Below are positions 1 to 13,085 of a stretch of DNA of 64,000 nucleotides, in pieces (the first letter of the stretch is position 1; every line of letters starts with the position of its first letter). The notes under the pieces were generated by a model. That model did not search any database and was not told the origin of the DNA. It saw only the letters and a program-made list of their open reading frames with translations. This DNA comes from Utricularia gibba. Taxonomy: Eukaryota > Plantae > Magnoliophyta. The position numbers were made by a program, and so were the translations under genes. The DNA lies in the NCBI GenBank assembly GCA_002189035.1, contig NEEC01000020.1, positions 1,915,592 to 1,979,591 on the forward strand, written 5' to 3'.

Positions 1-3000
1 GCATTATAAACAACCTAACTATAGGTAAACCAAAAGTTAGGAAAATCGAGGATTTGGGTAGACTTGAATTCTTGTATTGTTAGAAAAATGATTATCAAAT
101 TGGGTAGTTAACTGTGGTAATAATCGTGTCACTCCTAGAAATCTCAAAGCATTGCATTACCTTATTATAGTTAATTTTTGAATTTTCCTATTATCTCTTT
201 ACTACATTTTATCGTAAACTTGTCTTACTCTTAACGTAAACTTAATCTTTTATCCGTAACACAAACTGAATGCATTGGTTTCACATAGCAAGCACCTAGC
301 TTCTTGTATTCGACCTTAGTCTACTATGCTCATATTTTTCGTATGATTGGATGTGAATTAAGTTTGTAAATTTATTTGATAAGAGATATTTACAATTTTA
401 ACGACATATAAATTTTTCGTTTATCAGAGCAGTCCTGGAATCCACTAGGTATGTTGATTACCAATCTCTACATCAAACTGAAATTGAGGTTAGGGATAGG
501 TTTCATCATAGACATCTTTTGTGTGTCTTTGAAATCAACTTGCCTACGTGTGGTGAGTTATGCTATAAGTTCTATGCTACATCTAATTATTACATTTCTG
601 CCAAAGTGGACAAACCTAAGATTATTTGTTTTCGGTTATTAGGGGTTGAGAATAAATTGTCGTTAGTTGAATGGAATAAATTGTTAGATGTCATCACCCT
701 TACGGGAACTTAATTCCTTGAATTTCAAACTTCTTATTTCGATTTTTCATCAGAAAACGAGTGTGATCCCAGTGAAGTGCAAGAGATTTTGAATATTAGA
801 GCTTTGCTTGCTGATGCGAAGTAGAGTGGGTAGGAAAAGGACAATCTCCTTGCATTGTTGACATTTAATTACCTACATTGCTATTCAATTATGTGGAGAT
901 TCCATGTTAACTGACATGAACGTTAATTATGAAGATCACGGTCTCCCAATAGGTATCACATTTTTTCAAAAGCATTGGAATGAAGTAGAGGAAGAGAGGA
1001 TACTACATGTTTGTGATTTCCCAATAGAAGAAAGGTGCGTACAAAGAGATTGTGCATGTGCCAATAGCAAAAGAAGTACTAGCTGTATAAATCACCTGTA
1101 ACTAGAAAGGATCAATGAACAACATGTGAATTACTATTGCGATGAAAAAACTAAATAAAATGTTCAAATGCGAAAAGAAAATGATATAGAAACAGTGTTT
1201 GCTTGAAATCACTTTTAGTTCTTCGCACTGAAAGAAAATGATATAGAAAATCGCTTGAAAATCATCTCCACCCCGCCTTGGGTATGCATTGAAAATATTT
1301 TTCTTTTTCTCAGTGTTCTTGACATTTGTAGGTACTCCCCTCCCCCTTCCATTTTTCAACTTTTTGACTATTGTCATTTATGTTTCCTTCCATATCCTTT
1401 TTTTCCACTGTTATTACATTTTTCAAAGATAATCTCTCTCTTTTTTCTTTGTTGCATGCCGCAATTTTATATGCAGAATTTGGAGATGCTTTGATGGAAA
1501 AAACTTGCGACAAAACTCTTTAAATAGGATGTTAGAATCAAATATTGGCTAAATCGATGATTTAATCTATTTTAATAATAATAATATAAATTAAAAAATA
1601 TCGAAAATTATATTTAAAACATCTACTTTTATTACTAAATACATTAATTTTATAGGTTAACTAAAAAAACATGTATTATCATCTTTTTAATCAAAAATAC
1701 AATCTTTGTTTTCTTTATTTTCCTTGATTTTATGCTTGTCAATAGGTGACATGATTTGACATTCTCCGTTCACTATATTCTTTAAATACATTTTCTTTGT
1801 CGAAAAATCATTTTCATTGTGATAAACGAAAAATTTACACATATCGTGAATATGCAAATATTCCTATTAAATAAAATTTATAAACCTAATACACATCAAA
1901 ACATAATATAATTATGAGGATAGTATTTAGGGTCGAACATGAAGAGCAGGTGTTTGTTATATGATTGTCAATGTATACAATTAGTGTCACTTTGATAGAT
2001 TTAATCTTAATTAGGACTAAGTCAAACATACAATAAAATATATTAAAGAAAAGAAACAAACTTTTGAACTCGATTGTACCTAAGATGAGATGGGGTGGTG
2101 TCTTGGGACTCTTAGAGTTAACATGCAAATTGTTACAACTATTTCTCCTAAATCATAAGTCATTCACATAACAAGCAAAGGTCTAAGTCTACTCAAATCT
2201 TTGTTTTCCCTAAATTTTAGTTTACCTCTAATTAAAGTTATTCTAGTGAGCTTCACTACTTACTTCTCGTGGATCTATTCTGATTTGTATAGAAATAATG
2301 TGACACTTGATTGTTTTGATTTAGTGAACAACAAGCTTATTAACCCCCTCTACCCCAAAGCATCATTAGGTGTTTTAGCTACTCATGATAAAAGAAAATA
2401 AAGTGTTTTTATAATATAATTGAAGTAACATTTTGTTCTCAAAGTTAAATAACAACAAAGTAGCACATAACAGAAATAAAAATGGTAAATTGTTTATGCA
2501 ATAAAGCTAGAATTGTTCTCAGCTAAGAATAATGTGCTCCTAGAACGGAAGAAATCTTCGAAGGTAACCTTGTTTTTCTCGATGGTCCTTCTTATTCTTT
2601 TAGGTGTTCTTGCTATGGGGAGATATTTTCTCATAAGTGTGTGTCCCCACTTCAATGGTCCTCTTCCCTCTTCTCTCTCCCATCATTTTTAAAAATAAAA
2701 GGGATCAAGTACCATACGTATGCATTTGTGAATTGTGATTTTTAGTGCTTTATATGATATTTTTCTACTCTTTTTATCTAATAACAAATTAAATAATATT
2801 AAATTAGCAAATTGAAAATAAAGGGGATCAAATATAGCATTATTATAAACAATGAAAACTAAATGTGCCATTCAAATAGTAGCGGACTAAATATATAATT
2901 TATTTAAACCATGCAAATTAAAGTGAACGGTGGGAATGTATCATCCCATTTGATTTGAAGACTGATTTTTCGAAACAATGATTATTAAATATGTACTATA

Positions 3001-3100
3001 TTTAAACACTTCAGAATTCTTAAGGCAGTGTTTGTCACCTTAGATTTACACAGTAATGCAAAGTTTCTTTTATTGTTTGTTATGGTATGCACCACTTTTC

Positions 3101-3558
3101 TGTGGTGGGTCGTCTCATCCCAAAAAGTCCACTGAAGTAACCGCTTTGGCGTTATAAAGTCCCTGTTGCTGAATCAATGAAGAAGACGATAGGGGAACTC
3201 CAGGTTTCCTGAACCTGCTTCGATAGATCAGTGCACCCAAGAAAGAAGGGTGAATGGGGAAGAAGTTCTCTAAGGAAGTACTGATCGGTGAGCAGGAATT
3301 GTGAGACTTGGAGCACTGGCATTGATTCATTATTGTTGTAAACCTGTTCTTGGAACTATGAATGTTACTGTACTTCTGTAAACCATGATAGTGAAACGTC
3401 AGCCTCGTCTCGAGCACCTAAGGTTTTTCCCGAAATAGGTTTCCTCGCTAGAATTTCTTGTGTGTTGCCCATTTCATTTTCAGAGTTTTTCTCACAAGTT
3501 CGCCGATCGGCTTGGTGGTGTTCTTATAGATTGGTGTTACATTGTTAGTATCCTATCA
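3101..3558. mobile_element. Solo LTR (458 bp) inserted about 200 bp downstream of the AADC stop codon
   Basis: TG...CA termini flanked by the 5-bp direct repeat TTTTC (3096-3100 and 3559-3563). The paralogous block at 14871-14890 shows the empty site (accacttttc|atagtgaaaa). Confidence 0.85.
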
Positions 3559-3762
3559 TTTTCATAGTGAAAAGTAAATTGAGCGAAACTCCCAGTAGCT
3601 AGATACAACCACCGGAAGATTTTGAAGAGTAAGGGAAATTAATGTGTTCATTGATGTCTAAATGCAGGCAAATCATTCAGATTCTTGGAATCGGATGAAC
3701 ATGATGAAAGTCATAACAATGGGAGCGCAAATGAACAAAGATGCTGATAAAACTTGATTCAC

Positions 3763-6255
3763 CTAATTCAATAGCTGAGAAGCCTTTTCATGAATTGTTT
3801 TCCAAGCTGCAACTACATGTCTTTCTTCTGTTAGTGGTGCTCCCACGGCGAATCGCAGTATGAATTTATTGGAGAGAACCTACAAATGGTTCAAACTTCC
3901 AATTTGTAAACGACATACAAGTGAAGGAAAGCTAGCAGAACAAGATCATGGACATACAGTGTGGGAGATGAAGAGAGTCCCACTGGAGTTTACAGCATCC
4001 AACAGGCTGCGGTTTAGTTCATTTGCAAGGTGTTCTTTACCACCAGATGGCGGGCAAAGGCGAAAGCAGACTAGAGAGAATTTTCGTGGCACAACCACCT
4101 GCAGATCAATACGTTCAAGGAATCATCGAACAATAAAAAGTCAGTAACAGGCCCTGTGATGAGATCCAATGAAAAGCACATGAAAACACCTCAAATCTTG
4201 GGTCTTGCTTCACAAGCTCCTCGAAGGTAATGGCCAATTTGATGTGATTCCTTATGTATGCCCGCAAGTTTTCGAGCCCATAAAGCCTCAAAACCATATA
4301 CAACTTTAGAGATCTGGAATATAGGAGCATAAGTTCAATCACATGAGTGTCAAAGCTGACATTGAATCAACTCCCAACAAGCAATAAGGCAATAATAGTG
4401 GCTACAAGAAAGCTCAGTATGTCATAGACCTAAAACGCCGTCCCAAAGGTATTTGCCAGTCCTTGTAATCAACCACCTTATCATCTAGCGAAGCCTGATC
4501 AACAACCAAAAAAATTGTAATACGTGATAACCAAAAAATAAAAAAAAAAGCGAGAGAGAGAGAAGAAGAGAAGCCACTGATAATAACTTGCTTTGTTTTT
4601 TAGGTACTCGGGATTGGTTGATAATGACTGGATGAGAGCCCCTTTATCCTATTGAAAACATATCACACTTCAGAAATTTTAGTGCGTTCAGTTGAGTCTA
4701 TCAAAGAGATTAGACTACTTACTTTCACCCACAAGGCCGAGCAGTCGAAGTTGGTCAAAAACCACTTGTGTGCATTCATGTTGAAAGAGTCAGCCGCCTC
4801 AACTCCATGAATATAGTGATTCAATTCGGGGCAAATACAAGCACTCCCAGCATAGGCAGCATCCACATGGAGCCATATTTGATTAGCCTAAAATGCTCTC
4901 AAAACATTGAAATTACATTCCCACAAGCGGTTTTATAAAGATTGCAGTGCAGTTACACATAAGTTGCTTACCTTTGCAACCGTTGCAAGTTCACTCAGAG
5001 AGTCAACAGAACCTGATGATGTTGTTCCGACCTGCAAAAAATGAGCAAAAAGTTCAATCACGATGAAAAGAAGAAACATTTAATTAACTGAATCAATTTG
5101 CCTCCACTCAACTTACAGTAGCACACAGGAAGAAAGGGATTAAACCAGAGGCTATGTCATGCGAGATTGCATCACTGAGGGTTTTAGGTGACAAGGAATA
5201 ATCTGTAGAAGAATCTGCTTCAAGAACTCGACAATTTTCCTCATAAATCCCTAGAATCTGCCATAAAAATGTGAATAATGAAGGTGTTTCTCACAAAGTT
5301 ATCAACCATCACTGTACCTTGCAGGCTTTCAGTAAACTAGAATGAGTCTGATCAGAGCTATAAGCCACGAGTTTGCCGATGGCATCTTTTCCAATTCTCT
5401 TAAGAACCTTATCGCGAGCAGCTATTAGCACAACTAAAACTGCTTCACTTGCAGTACCCTGTATTACTCCCCACCTCCTCCTGAGCATACAAGATGATCT
5501 TATCATTGATAATAAATTTCATGATCACAAAATAAACATAAGCATTGACTTTCTGAGAGAATACCTGTAGACAGAAATTGGTTAGGAAGCTGAAGTGCTT
5601 TCCCCAGCCAATCGAGAACTATAGTTTCGAGTTCTGTAGCAGCAGGGGAAGCTATCCAACTAAATCCAACAATGTTTATGCCAGCACTTAGCATCTCCCC
5701 CAAGAATCCAGCCACACTACTATTGGATGGAAAATATGCAAAATAACCTGGGCTTTGCCAATGAGTCACTCCTGGCAATATTTTGTCTTTCACATCTATA
5801 CACATAGAGTGTCCAAAATTTTAACAAGTTTTAGAAAGAATATCTTTAATAATTTGAAGACTTTATCTTTTCTACCATCCAAAACGCTTTGCAATGTTTC
5901 AGGGCGAGATGGTGCAGCATCAGGGAGAAGTTCTCTCAGATATCCCGGCTAAAAATGCATACGCAAACTACCCATAAGCATCTGAGGAGTGTGGTAAGTT
6001 GTCCATTCATTACAACAAAAAAATTAGTAAAAGAAAAACCTGGACTTGGCTTAGAACTGGAAAGGATTCTATGTTCTTGTAATAATCAGCAATGAAGTCC
6101 ACCATCTTGTGGCCGTATTCCCTAAGCTGCTCTGAGTCCATTGGTTTCAATTCACCTTCCCTGTTACCCCGAAAGTGGAGGTCATCACTTAGCAATGACG
6201 AATAAGAGTAATCAACGTACATGTTAAAGCTTCCCCGCAATTGTTGAGCGTCCAT
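3763..6255 (-). CDS. Group II PLP-dependent aromatic L-amino-acid decarboxylase (tyrosine/DOPA decarboxylase family, intron-rich type), 13 exons, with one apparent 1-bp frameshift at 5469-5472
   Basis: Manual splicing gives [12 protein letters not shown]|[27 protein letters not shown]...VLSQVQ|PGYL...|[18 protein letters not shown]...|[10 protein letters not shown]...SDQTHSS|...FFLCAT|VGTTSS...|HVDAAYAG...NAHKW (PLP lysine)...|[10 protein letters not shown]|...[13 protein letters not shown]|RSLKL...|...SHT|[22 protein letters not shown]...QLLN*. Exon 1 is 6255-6221, exon 2 6160-6040, exon 3 5948-5876, exon 4 5795-5565, exon 5 5480-5318; the last exon ends at TAG 3765-3763. One GC-AG intron donor lies at 4591. 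Confidence 0.93.
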
Positions 6256-6283
6256 TGCCTTCAGCCACCCACGACGTTGCTGA

Positions 6284-6660
6284 GCGAGAATAAAGCAGCA
6301 AAAACGAATGAGGATGAGAAATCCAAATCAACTCCATTCCGAATATCTCCATCAAGAAGGCCAATTTTTTTTTTGGTTCTTTTCCACTTTTGTGAACTTT
6401 TTTCTTTATTGATAAATTCGATTTCTATATAAACTATAAAATTTATTAATACAAACAACGTTAATGTAATTTTAATTTATTACTACGAACCTTCGATGAG
6501 TGGAAGGATATCGGTTCTTTCCGGTGGACTGGCGCACGGACTCAGCGGAGAAGTCCACGGTGTCGCAGCGGTGGGGTGCTCGTAAAATCCGACTCGGTGG
6601 TTCTTCAAAATAGATATACAGAAATGAGATGGATTTTGGGTGGCTGAGGTTTGGAGAGTT
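6284..6660 (-). promoter_or_regulatory. Putative 5'-UTR exon (about 6660-6490) and 5'-UTR intron of the AADC gene
   Basis: GC-rich island ending in AG|GTTCGT on the minus strand near 6490, then an AT-rich tract and a CTCAG acceptor near 6284. Inferred from composition and splice consensus only. Confidence 0.35.
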
Positions 6661-7944
6661 TGTTCACTCACCCTCCAAACTAATATAGTTTCCCAAATCA
6701 TATGTTTTGATTTCAAATGAATCAATTTTTCAACAGAAGAAAGATGTCCCTCAAAAATCAATATACTTACAATTCAATCAATGTAAATAATGACATACTC
6801 ACAGAACAAAAAAAAATGAAAGAATTGAATTACATTAAATATAAACAAATTTTAATAAATCTAAAGTTTTTCAAAAACTCAACATGTAAGCATTATTTTC
6901 AAAATACATTACACTTAGAAATTGTTATTAATGATAGTGAAGACTTTCGTATATAACTAAAGAAATAAGTCTATTTAAAGAAAAAATACAAATACTAATA
7001 ATCAAGTAGGAACACATTAGCCTAACTTTACTCTAATTGGTTCAATTTAATTAGATTGATCTTATTTCCATATTCTTCATAGGTTTATTAATTGGTTTAT
7101 AATCCTTCAAAAATTCATGATTCTTTCATACCCTTGATCTAATGATATTTGTTTCATTTTCATTCTCTGTCTTTGATAACTATGTTCTCATCATGAATTC
7201 TTCGTTGTTGTAAAAGTATTGAGAATGAAAATTCAACTATTTTACATAATGTAAAATACATTTTATTAAAAAATAATTTCATTTCCTTTGTCATAATTTA
7301 TTAAATAATACTTATATTTCATTTTTTTATATCATTTTGGATATTTACATGCCTTTTTGACTTATTTCATTAAAAGAGAATAAATTTTAAGAATTTTCTT
7401 TTTACTGCGATTTGAAATCAATAAATCTTTAAATAAAAGTCACATTTTCAATTGGTGACTAATTCTTATATTATTTTCTAATGCTTTTCAAGGTATTTTC
7501 CTGTTTCAATCCTTTTTCCATGGCTTCAAGTTTGCAGTGGCCTTCCCCTTGCCACGACCGCCACTTGGATGCATCCATTGACAATTCCACTTTCTTATGC
7601 GGTAGGGTAGACATGGGCATGAATCATGCTTGCAACAACTCGAGGTCCAACCCACCTAGGTAGGTCTGTGGGTCAACCCAATTCGACTGGTTCACATGTT
7701 GACCCGAATGTGGATCAATCTGTAGACTCGTACAGATCTTCAACAAACACAAAACAAATTTCGTGGCATTTTCTCCTCTAATCTTAGGGCAAAATATAAA
7801 ACCTCTGTATACAATCATCTCTAGCAAGGATTTCTCCAAAGGAATTAATCATTGAAATGAAAAGAAATGAGTGAGTGCCACATGACTATGGAATACAACG
7901 GAGACTTACAAATCCTCACCCACAAATTGTAAATACATAATGTA

Positions 7945-8400
7945 ACCATCTAATCTAAAGATATTAGCAATCCACGAACAAGAGGTGATTTTGAATCCAA
8001 GTCTATTCTCAAGAGACTGAATCTCTTGTAACCAGACTTTAAAAGAAAGGAAATTAGGAGACACACTTTAGAAAGAGAAGGAATTGGAAGTGATAATCTT
8101 AGTACACCACTAGCTAAAAGTTTGATAAGTCAAGAGTGTTCAAGCACTCAAAAAAGAAGAAACTCCTCACAATATACATGAAATGAACTAAATGTCTTCA
8201 AACAGTATATCTCTAGAATATTTAGACTTTAAAATTGAGCTCTAACATTACAAAGCCCAAAATAATTAAAAAAAAAGCCTAAAAAGTCCAATAACACACA
8301 TGAAAGATGAGAAGATGTTTGGGTTCTAAGATAGATTTAAAGTCCAGTAGTTGAACTCCTTTAATGGTAAGACTTCAAACTCAATGTTATGGGACCTGGT
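7945..8400 (-). mobile_element. Truncated CRM-type gypsy LTR fragment
   Basis: Reverse complement resembles the LTRs at 24121-24755 and 43851-44455 (for example the cttatcaa...ttgaa and gcaagaga...agact blocks). Confidence 0.6.
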
Positions 8401-8900
8401 TGTGATAGGGGCGAGCAGACCTTCCAATGTGGAGGATACGGACTGGAAATGGTCGCACTTGAAGGCTATGGCAAAGATGAATCTGTGCATCGACAATAGC
8501 CTATCGCACCATATTAGTGAGTTTGCTGATGCCCAACAGCTGTGGAAGGCATTGGAGTAGATGTTTCGTCCAGACAATGCACTCAACAAGATAGCTCAAT
8601 ATAAACATATGTCCATGTTACGGTTCAAAGACAGAGAATCGATGTCAGAGCATCTAAGTCAATTCAAAGACATTGTTGATCAAATGATGTTTGTGAAAAT
8701 GAGTTTTGATGAGGAAATTCAAGTCATTCAGCTAATGGACATGCTACCCAACTCTTGGGAGACTTTGATAATCACAATGAGTAATTCTGCCACTAGTGGG
8801 CTGAAGTATGATGCCGTGGCTACGACGTTGCTTCAAGAGGAGTTGTGCAGACGCAATACTGGCCTGGAAAAATGTTTTGATGCTAAGAACACTCTTGCCT
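8370..8900 (+). mobile_element. Degenerate Ty1/copia gag fragment
   Basis: ORFs 8351-8560 and 8561-8944 (LWKALE*MFRPDN...MSEHLSQFKDIVDQM...LPNSWETLI) resemble copia gag, with an internal stop. A related copy lies at 23400-24090. Confidence 0.75.
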
Positions 8901-9159
8901 ACTGTCAGGACCCATGCTCAGGGCCCAAGAGGCATGAGGCATGACTAGAGTTAATTTGAAAAATACCCACTGTGTTTTACTGTGTTTAGAAAACTACACA
9001 CCCTACGTGTATTTTTTTGTGCTTAGTGTGTGTGAGAGAAATGGACAGTGGGTACCTTTCAAAATGACCCGACATGACTACCAAGTCCTATTAACGTTAG
9101 GACTCAAGGCAACTTAACCCCTTTGTAGTATGGAGAAATGACATTAAGTTGGCTACATA

Positions 9160-12100
9160 TATACTAACTCACAACCGTTCAAACATGTAAAAGGGACTAC
9201 GTTCAGCCTACATAGCATATTCCTCACAACGTAGTTTTGTACAGCCATTTCAAATGATGATGGATCTCCTATCAATAATCCAGCCAAAATATCAGCTACA
9301 GCATCTTGGACATCATCATTCAACTTGGAGAAACTTATTGTAGGAGCCTTGTTTCTTTTGCTTTGTCTTATGTTAGTAATATGACTATCTTCATTATCTA
9401 TTGAATCTTTGATGTTTTTGTATTTCCTTCCTCGCCAATCATGATCAGATGGGTAATAATTTTCATCATCAGTATCAGGTTCCTCTCCATTAGATTCATC
9501 TGTTGATAAGTCTTCTGCATTCGTGCCATGCTCCTCTTCTGGAACTTCGAAATTCCCATCTGAATATTGATCATTGGCCTGATGCGATTGTTCGTGTAAG
9601 GGTTCTAAGATTGATTTTTGAATCTTTATGGACGATTTCTGAAGTTGATGTTGAGTTCTCATTCACCTGTATATTTTCAATTCCATCTTAAGTTTCTTGG
9701 TTTGTTGAATTGTTGGAAGAGATGTTTTGAGTCATGTGACATAGGTCACCTTTCACGTGAGTGTTATGCCCTCCAAGATATTTATGAGCTTCTGCATTAT
9801 TCAAAGAAATGCAATCATCAATCAAAGTGTACTTTGCACCTTCATCAAAAGAGACATCATGACTAAAGATGAATTTCTTCTGGGCAGGTATATAAATTTT
9901 GTATCCCTTGGTAGTGCTGCTATAACCAACAAATACACCACAAACATATTTCTTTTCAAGTTTTCTTTGTTTTTGGTCTGATACATGAGTAAAACACAAA
10001 CTACCAAAGATTCTGAAATGATCAACCCTTTTAATATAACCATGCCATTTTTCATAGATGTTTTTTCCACTAATCGTCCTGGAAGGAAGCAAGTTCAATA
10101 GATATACAGATGTAGATACCGCTTCAGCCGAGAAATTTACAAAAAGATCTTTCTCAAACAATAGGCATCTTGACATATCAAGAATTGTTCTGTTTTTCCT
10201 TTCACATATACCATTATGTTGTGGAAAATATGGTACTGTAAATTGATGCATGATTCCCTCATTTTCACAGAACATTCTCATGCTATTATTGTAGAATTCA
10301 CTTCCATTGTCTGACCTAATTATCTATAAAGAGCATCCACTCTGATTCTCAGTCATCACTTTGAATTTTTGAAAGATATGAGGAACTTTTTACTTGCTTT
10401 TAAGAAAGTAAACCCAACAATAACGTGATTAATCATCAATAAATGTAACAAAATATCTACTCTCTCCCAATGAACATTCCTTAAATGGTCCACAAACATC
10501 TGTATGCACAAGTTCTAATTTCTCCTTTGCTATTGAATCACTGAAATAAAATGGCTTTCTACATTATTTGCCTTGATGGCACACTTCACATATGTCATCA
10601 GCAAACTTGATGTCTTTCAATTCCAATACTTCCTTATTCTTCTGCAATATATTCAGATTGTTGAAGCTATAGTATCCAAATCGTTTGTGCCAAAGGCTGC
10701 TTTGATCCTGAAGTGAGAAAATACAACTTTTATGATCACTGATCATGATTTGGTAGAGATTGTAGGTGGTCAACATAACATGGAATTCAATCTTCGTTTT
10801 TGGATCAGCAACCTTAACTTTAGTGGTTGTACCACCAGCATCCTTCATCAGCTCAATGTCAAAACCTTGCCTGCTCAATTGACCAAAGCTTAATAGGTTC
10901 TGTTTGAGGTTCGGTGAATAATAAACATCATCAACTTGAACAATTACTTCTTTTAGCATGAGTAAAATGCTTTCTTTGCCAACAATGCCAATATTTTCAC
11001 TAGTGCACATGCTTACCTCCTTCCCAATCTTTTCAAGCTAGAGAAATGATCTTGTATCACAACATACATGATAGGAGGCGCCAGAATCCAAATACCAGCC
11101 TTTAGCAACTTTAATTGGATTTGACATTCCACATACCTTGTCAATGTGGCCTCTTTGATTGCATTTCGTGCACAAAGCATCAGGCTTCCACCAGCAAAAC
11201 TCACTCCTGTGATTCTGTTTGTTGCAATGCTTGCAAGCATTTGTGCTTAAAGTTCAACAATCTTCACTCTTGTGGTTGGATTTATCACAATGCCTGCACT
11301 TCTGATTACCCATGGTTGAAGTTGGGATTTATGTTGTTGATTGTTTGATGGCTGTTGATTTCACATCCTTGACATTGTTAGTTGCACCTGAGTTTATATT
11401 CATATTCTGCATTTTGGTGAGGAGAGTGGCTTCACCATAAGTTTTCTCAACCTCATAACCATCTCTTAGTTCCAATCTCTTTTTTGTAGATTGCAACTCA
11501 ATCATGAACTCTCTAAATGTTGGCTCTGGAGTAACAGAATATTTAGGATACAGTTGATGGAGCTTTCCTTTAATAATGTGAAGGATTTTCTTTTTGTCTC
11601 AAGTGCACATAACTTTGGCTCGAATCTTGCAGGTAGGCTCATGATTGCCTTGCTAATCACCTTTTGATCCTCAAGTTTCCCCCTCCTCGAATCTCCTTCA
11701 CAAGCTTAGTGGTATGTTCGTAATAGACTTGCATGGTTTCATTGTCTAACATTTTATTCCTCTCAAAGTCCTCCAGCTTGTTTTTACATATTATCTCTCT
11801 GAGTTTGGCATCACCATCATAATGGGATTTGATAGTATCCCATATTTCTTTCGCTGATTGACACTCTGCAATATCATCAAATAGATGTTCAGAGATGGCT
11901 TGATATAAGGCATCCATTGCTTCATCTTTTCTCTGTTGAAGATACTCAGCTTCCTCTTGCCGTTCTGATGTAGATTTGCTTGTTACTGTAATAGCTTGAA
12001 TCTCCCTTTCAACAACATCTCAAATCTTTCCCACTCGAAGGTAGCTACGCATCTTTTTGACCCAACTTCCATACTGAGAACCATCAAATATTGGAGGTCC

Positions 12101-12235
12101 TCTACCAGATGACATCATAGCCACGGTTTGGCAAGCTTCGGGTTGATACTTGGTAAACCACTAAGTAAAAACGCCGAACGGTAAATAAAATACTGAAACG
12201 AACACAAGTTTGAGAACCTTACTGCTCCGATACCA
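9160..12235 (-). mobile_element. Ty1/copia element copy A: PBS, gag, protease, integrase; truncated at the RT start, frameshifted
   Basis: PBS TGGTATCGGAGC at 12235-12224; gag MSSGRGPPIFDG; zinc knuckle; WYLDSG protease; SLWHKRFG; integrase [16 protein letters not shown] and HNGICERKNRT. The 5' LTR is replaced by a hairpin. Confidence 0.92.
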
Positions 12236-12361
12236 TGTTGAAATTCAGGATCCAATGGGTCAGGTGAGCGTACACGTGAAGCCCAAGTATACAAGAAACA
12301 TGGATACTTGGGCTTCACGTGTACGCTCGCCTGACCCATCGGATCCTGAATTTCAACATGG
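12233..12361. repeat. Near-perfect fold-back hairpin with 58-bp arms, 2 mismatches and a 13-nt loop
   Basis: ccatgttgaaattcaggatccaatgggtcaggtgagcgtacacgtgaagcccaagtat-acaagaaacatgg-atacttgggcttcacgtgtacgctcgcctgacccatcggatcctgaatttcaacatgg. Confidence 0.95.
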
Positions 12362-13085
12362 GAGACAGGACATGGAAACTTCTGAAAGGGTCATTGGTGA
12401 TAGCAAAAGGTCATATGGTCGGACGTTTGTATAAAACAGAGCTCAAGCACAAGATGGTTGAGCTGAATGTTGTCTCTGGTTCAACCGCATGCTATGAGCT
12501 TTGGCATCAAAGACTGGGATATTTATCTGAGATGGGTGTTTAGCGATTATTGAGCAGCGGTCAGATCGAAGACCCTAGGACTACAAGTGGCTGTGAGAGT
12601 TGTATCTATGGCAAACAACATCGGGTATCATTTCGATCTAACTTAGAGGTTCTTTTCGTAGATGTTGGCAGACTCGTAAATGTCTCAACTACTGGTGGGA
12701 TGAGACATTATTTACTCTTTGTGGATGATGCCACCAGAAAGACTTGGATATATCTTGTGAAAAAGAAATCTGATGTGTTTGAATACTTCAAGCAATTTCA
12801 TCGTAGGGTGGAAAGAGAAGCAACTACAAAACTCAAGTGCTTCTGGAGTGATAATGGAGGCGAGTTTTGGGTGATGAATTGAAACGGTATTGCTTGGAGC
12901 TGGGTATTAGAAAAGTGGCAACGAAACCTAAAACACCGCAACACAACCCAATTGCAGAGAGATTGAATAGAACCTTGTTTGACAAGGTGCGCTGCATGCT
13001 GAAAAATGCTACGCTTCCTGTAAGGTTCTGGGGGGAAGCCTTGAAAACTGCTTGTTATCTGTCAAATAGGAATCCAAAACATACT
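12362..13085 (+). mobile_element. Ty1/copia (Tnt1-like) pre-integrase and integrase fragment
   Basis: WKLLKGSLVIAKG, LWHQRLGY, CESCIYGKQHR, FVDDATRKTW, SDNGGEF, PQHNPIAERLNRTL. Confidence 0.85.

Noticed and set aside
1-2700. Short ORFs of 60-95 aa as genes
   Set aside because: AT-rich, no motifs and no consistent splice structure.
6820-6990. Similarity to 21820-21960 as the promoter of the lost AADC paralog
   Set aside because: A short, AT-rich, weak match that does not extend. More likely a dispersed repeat.
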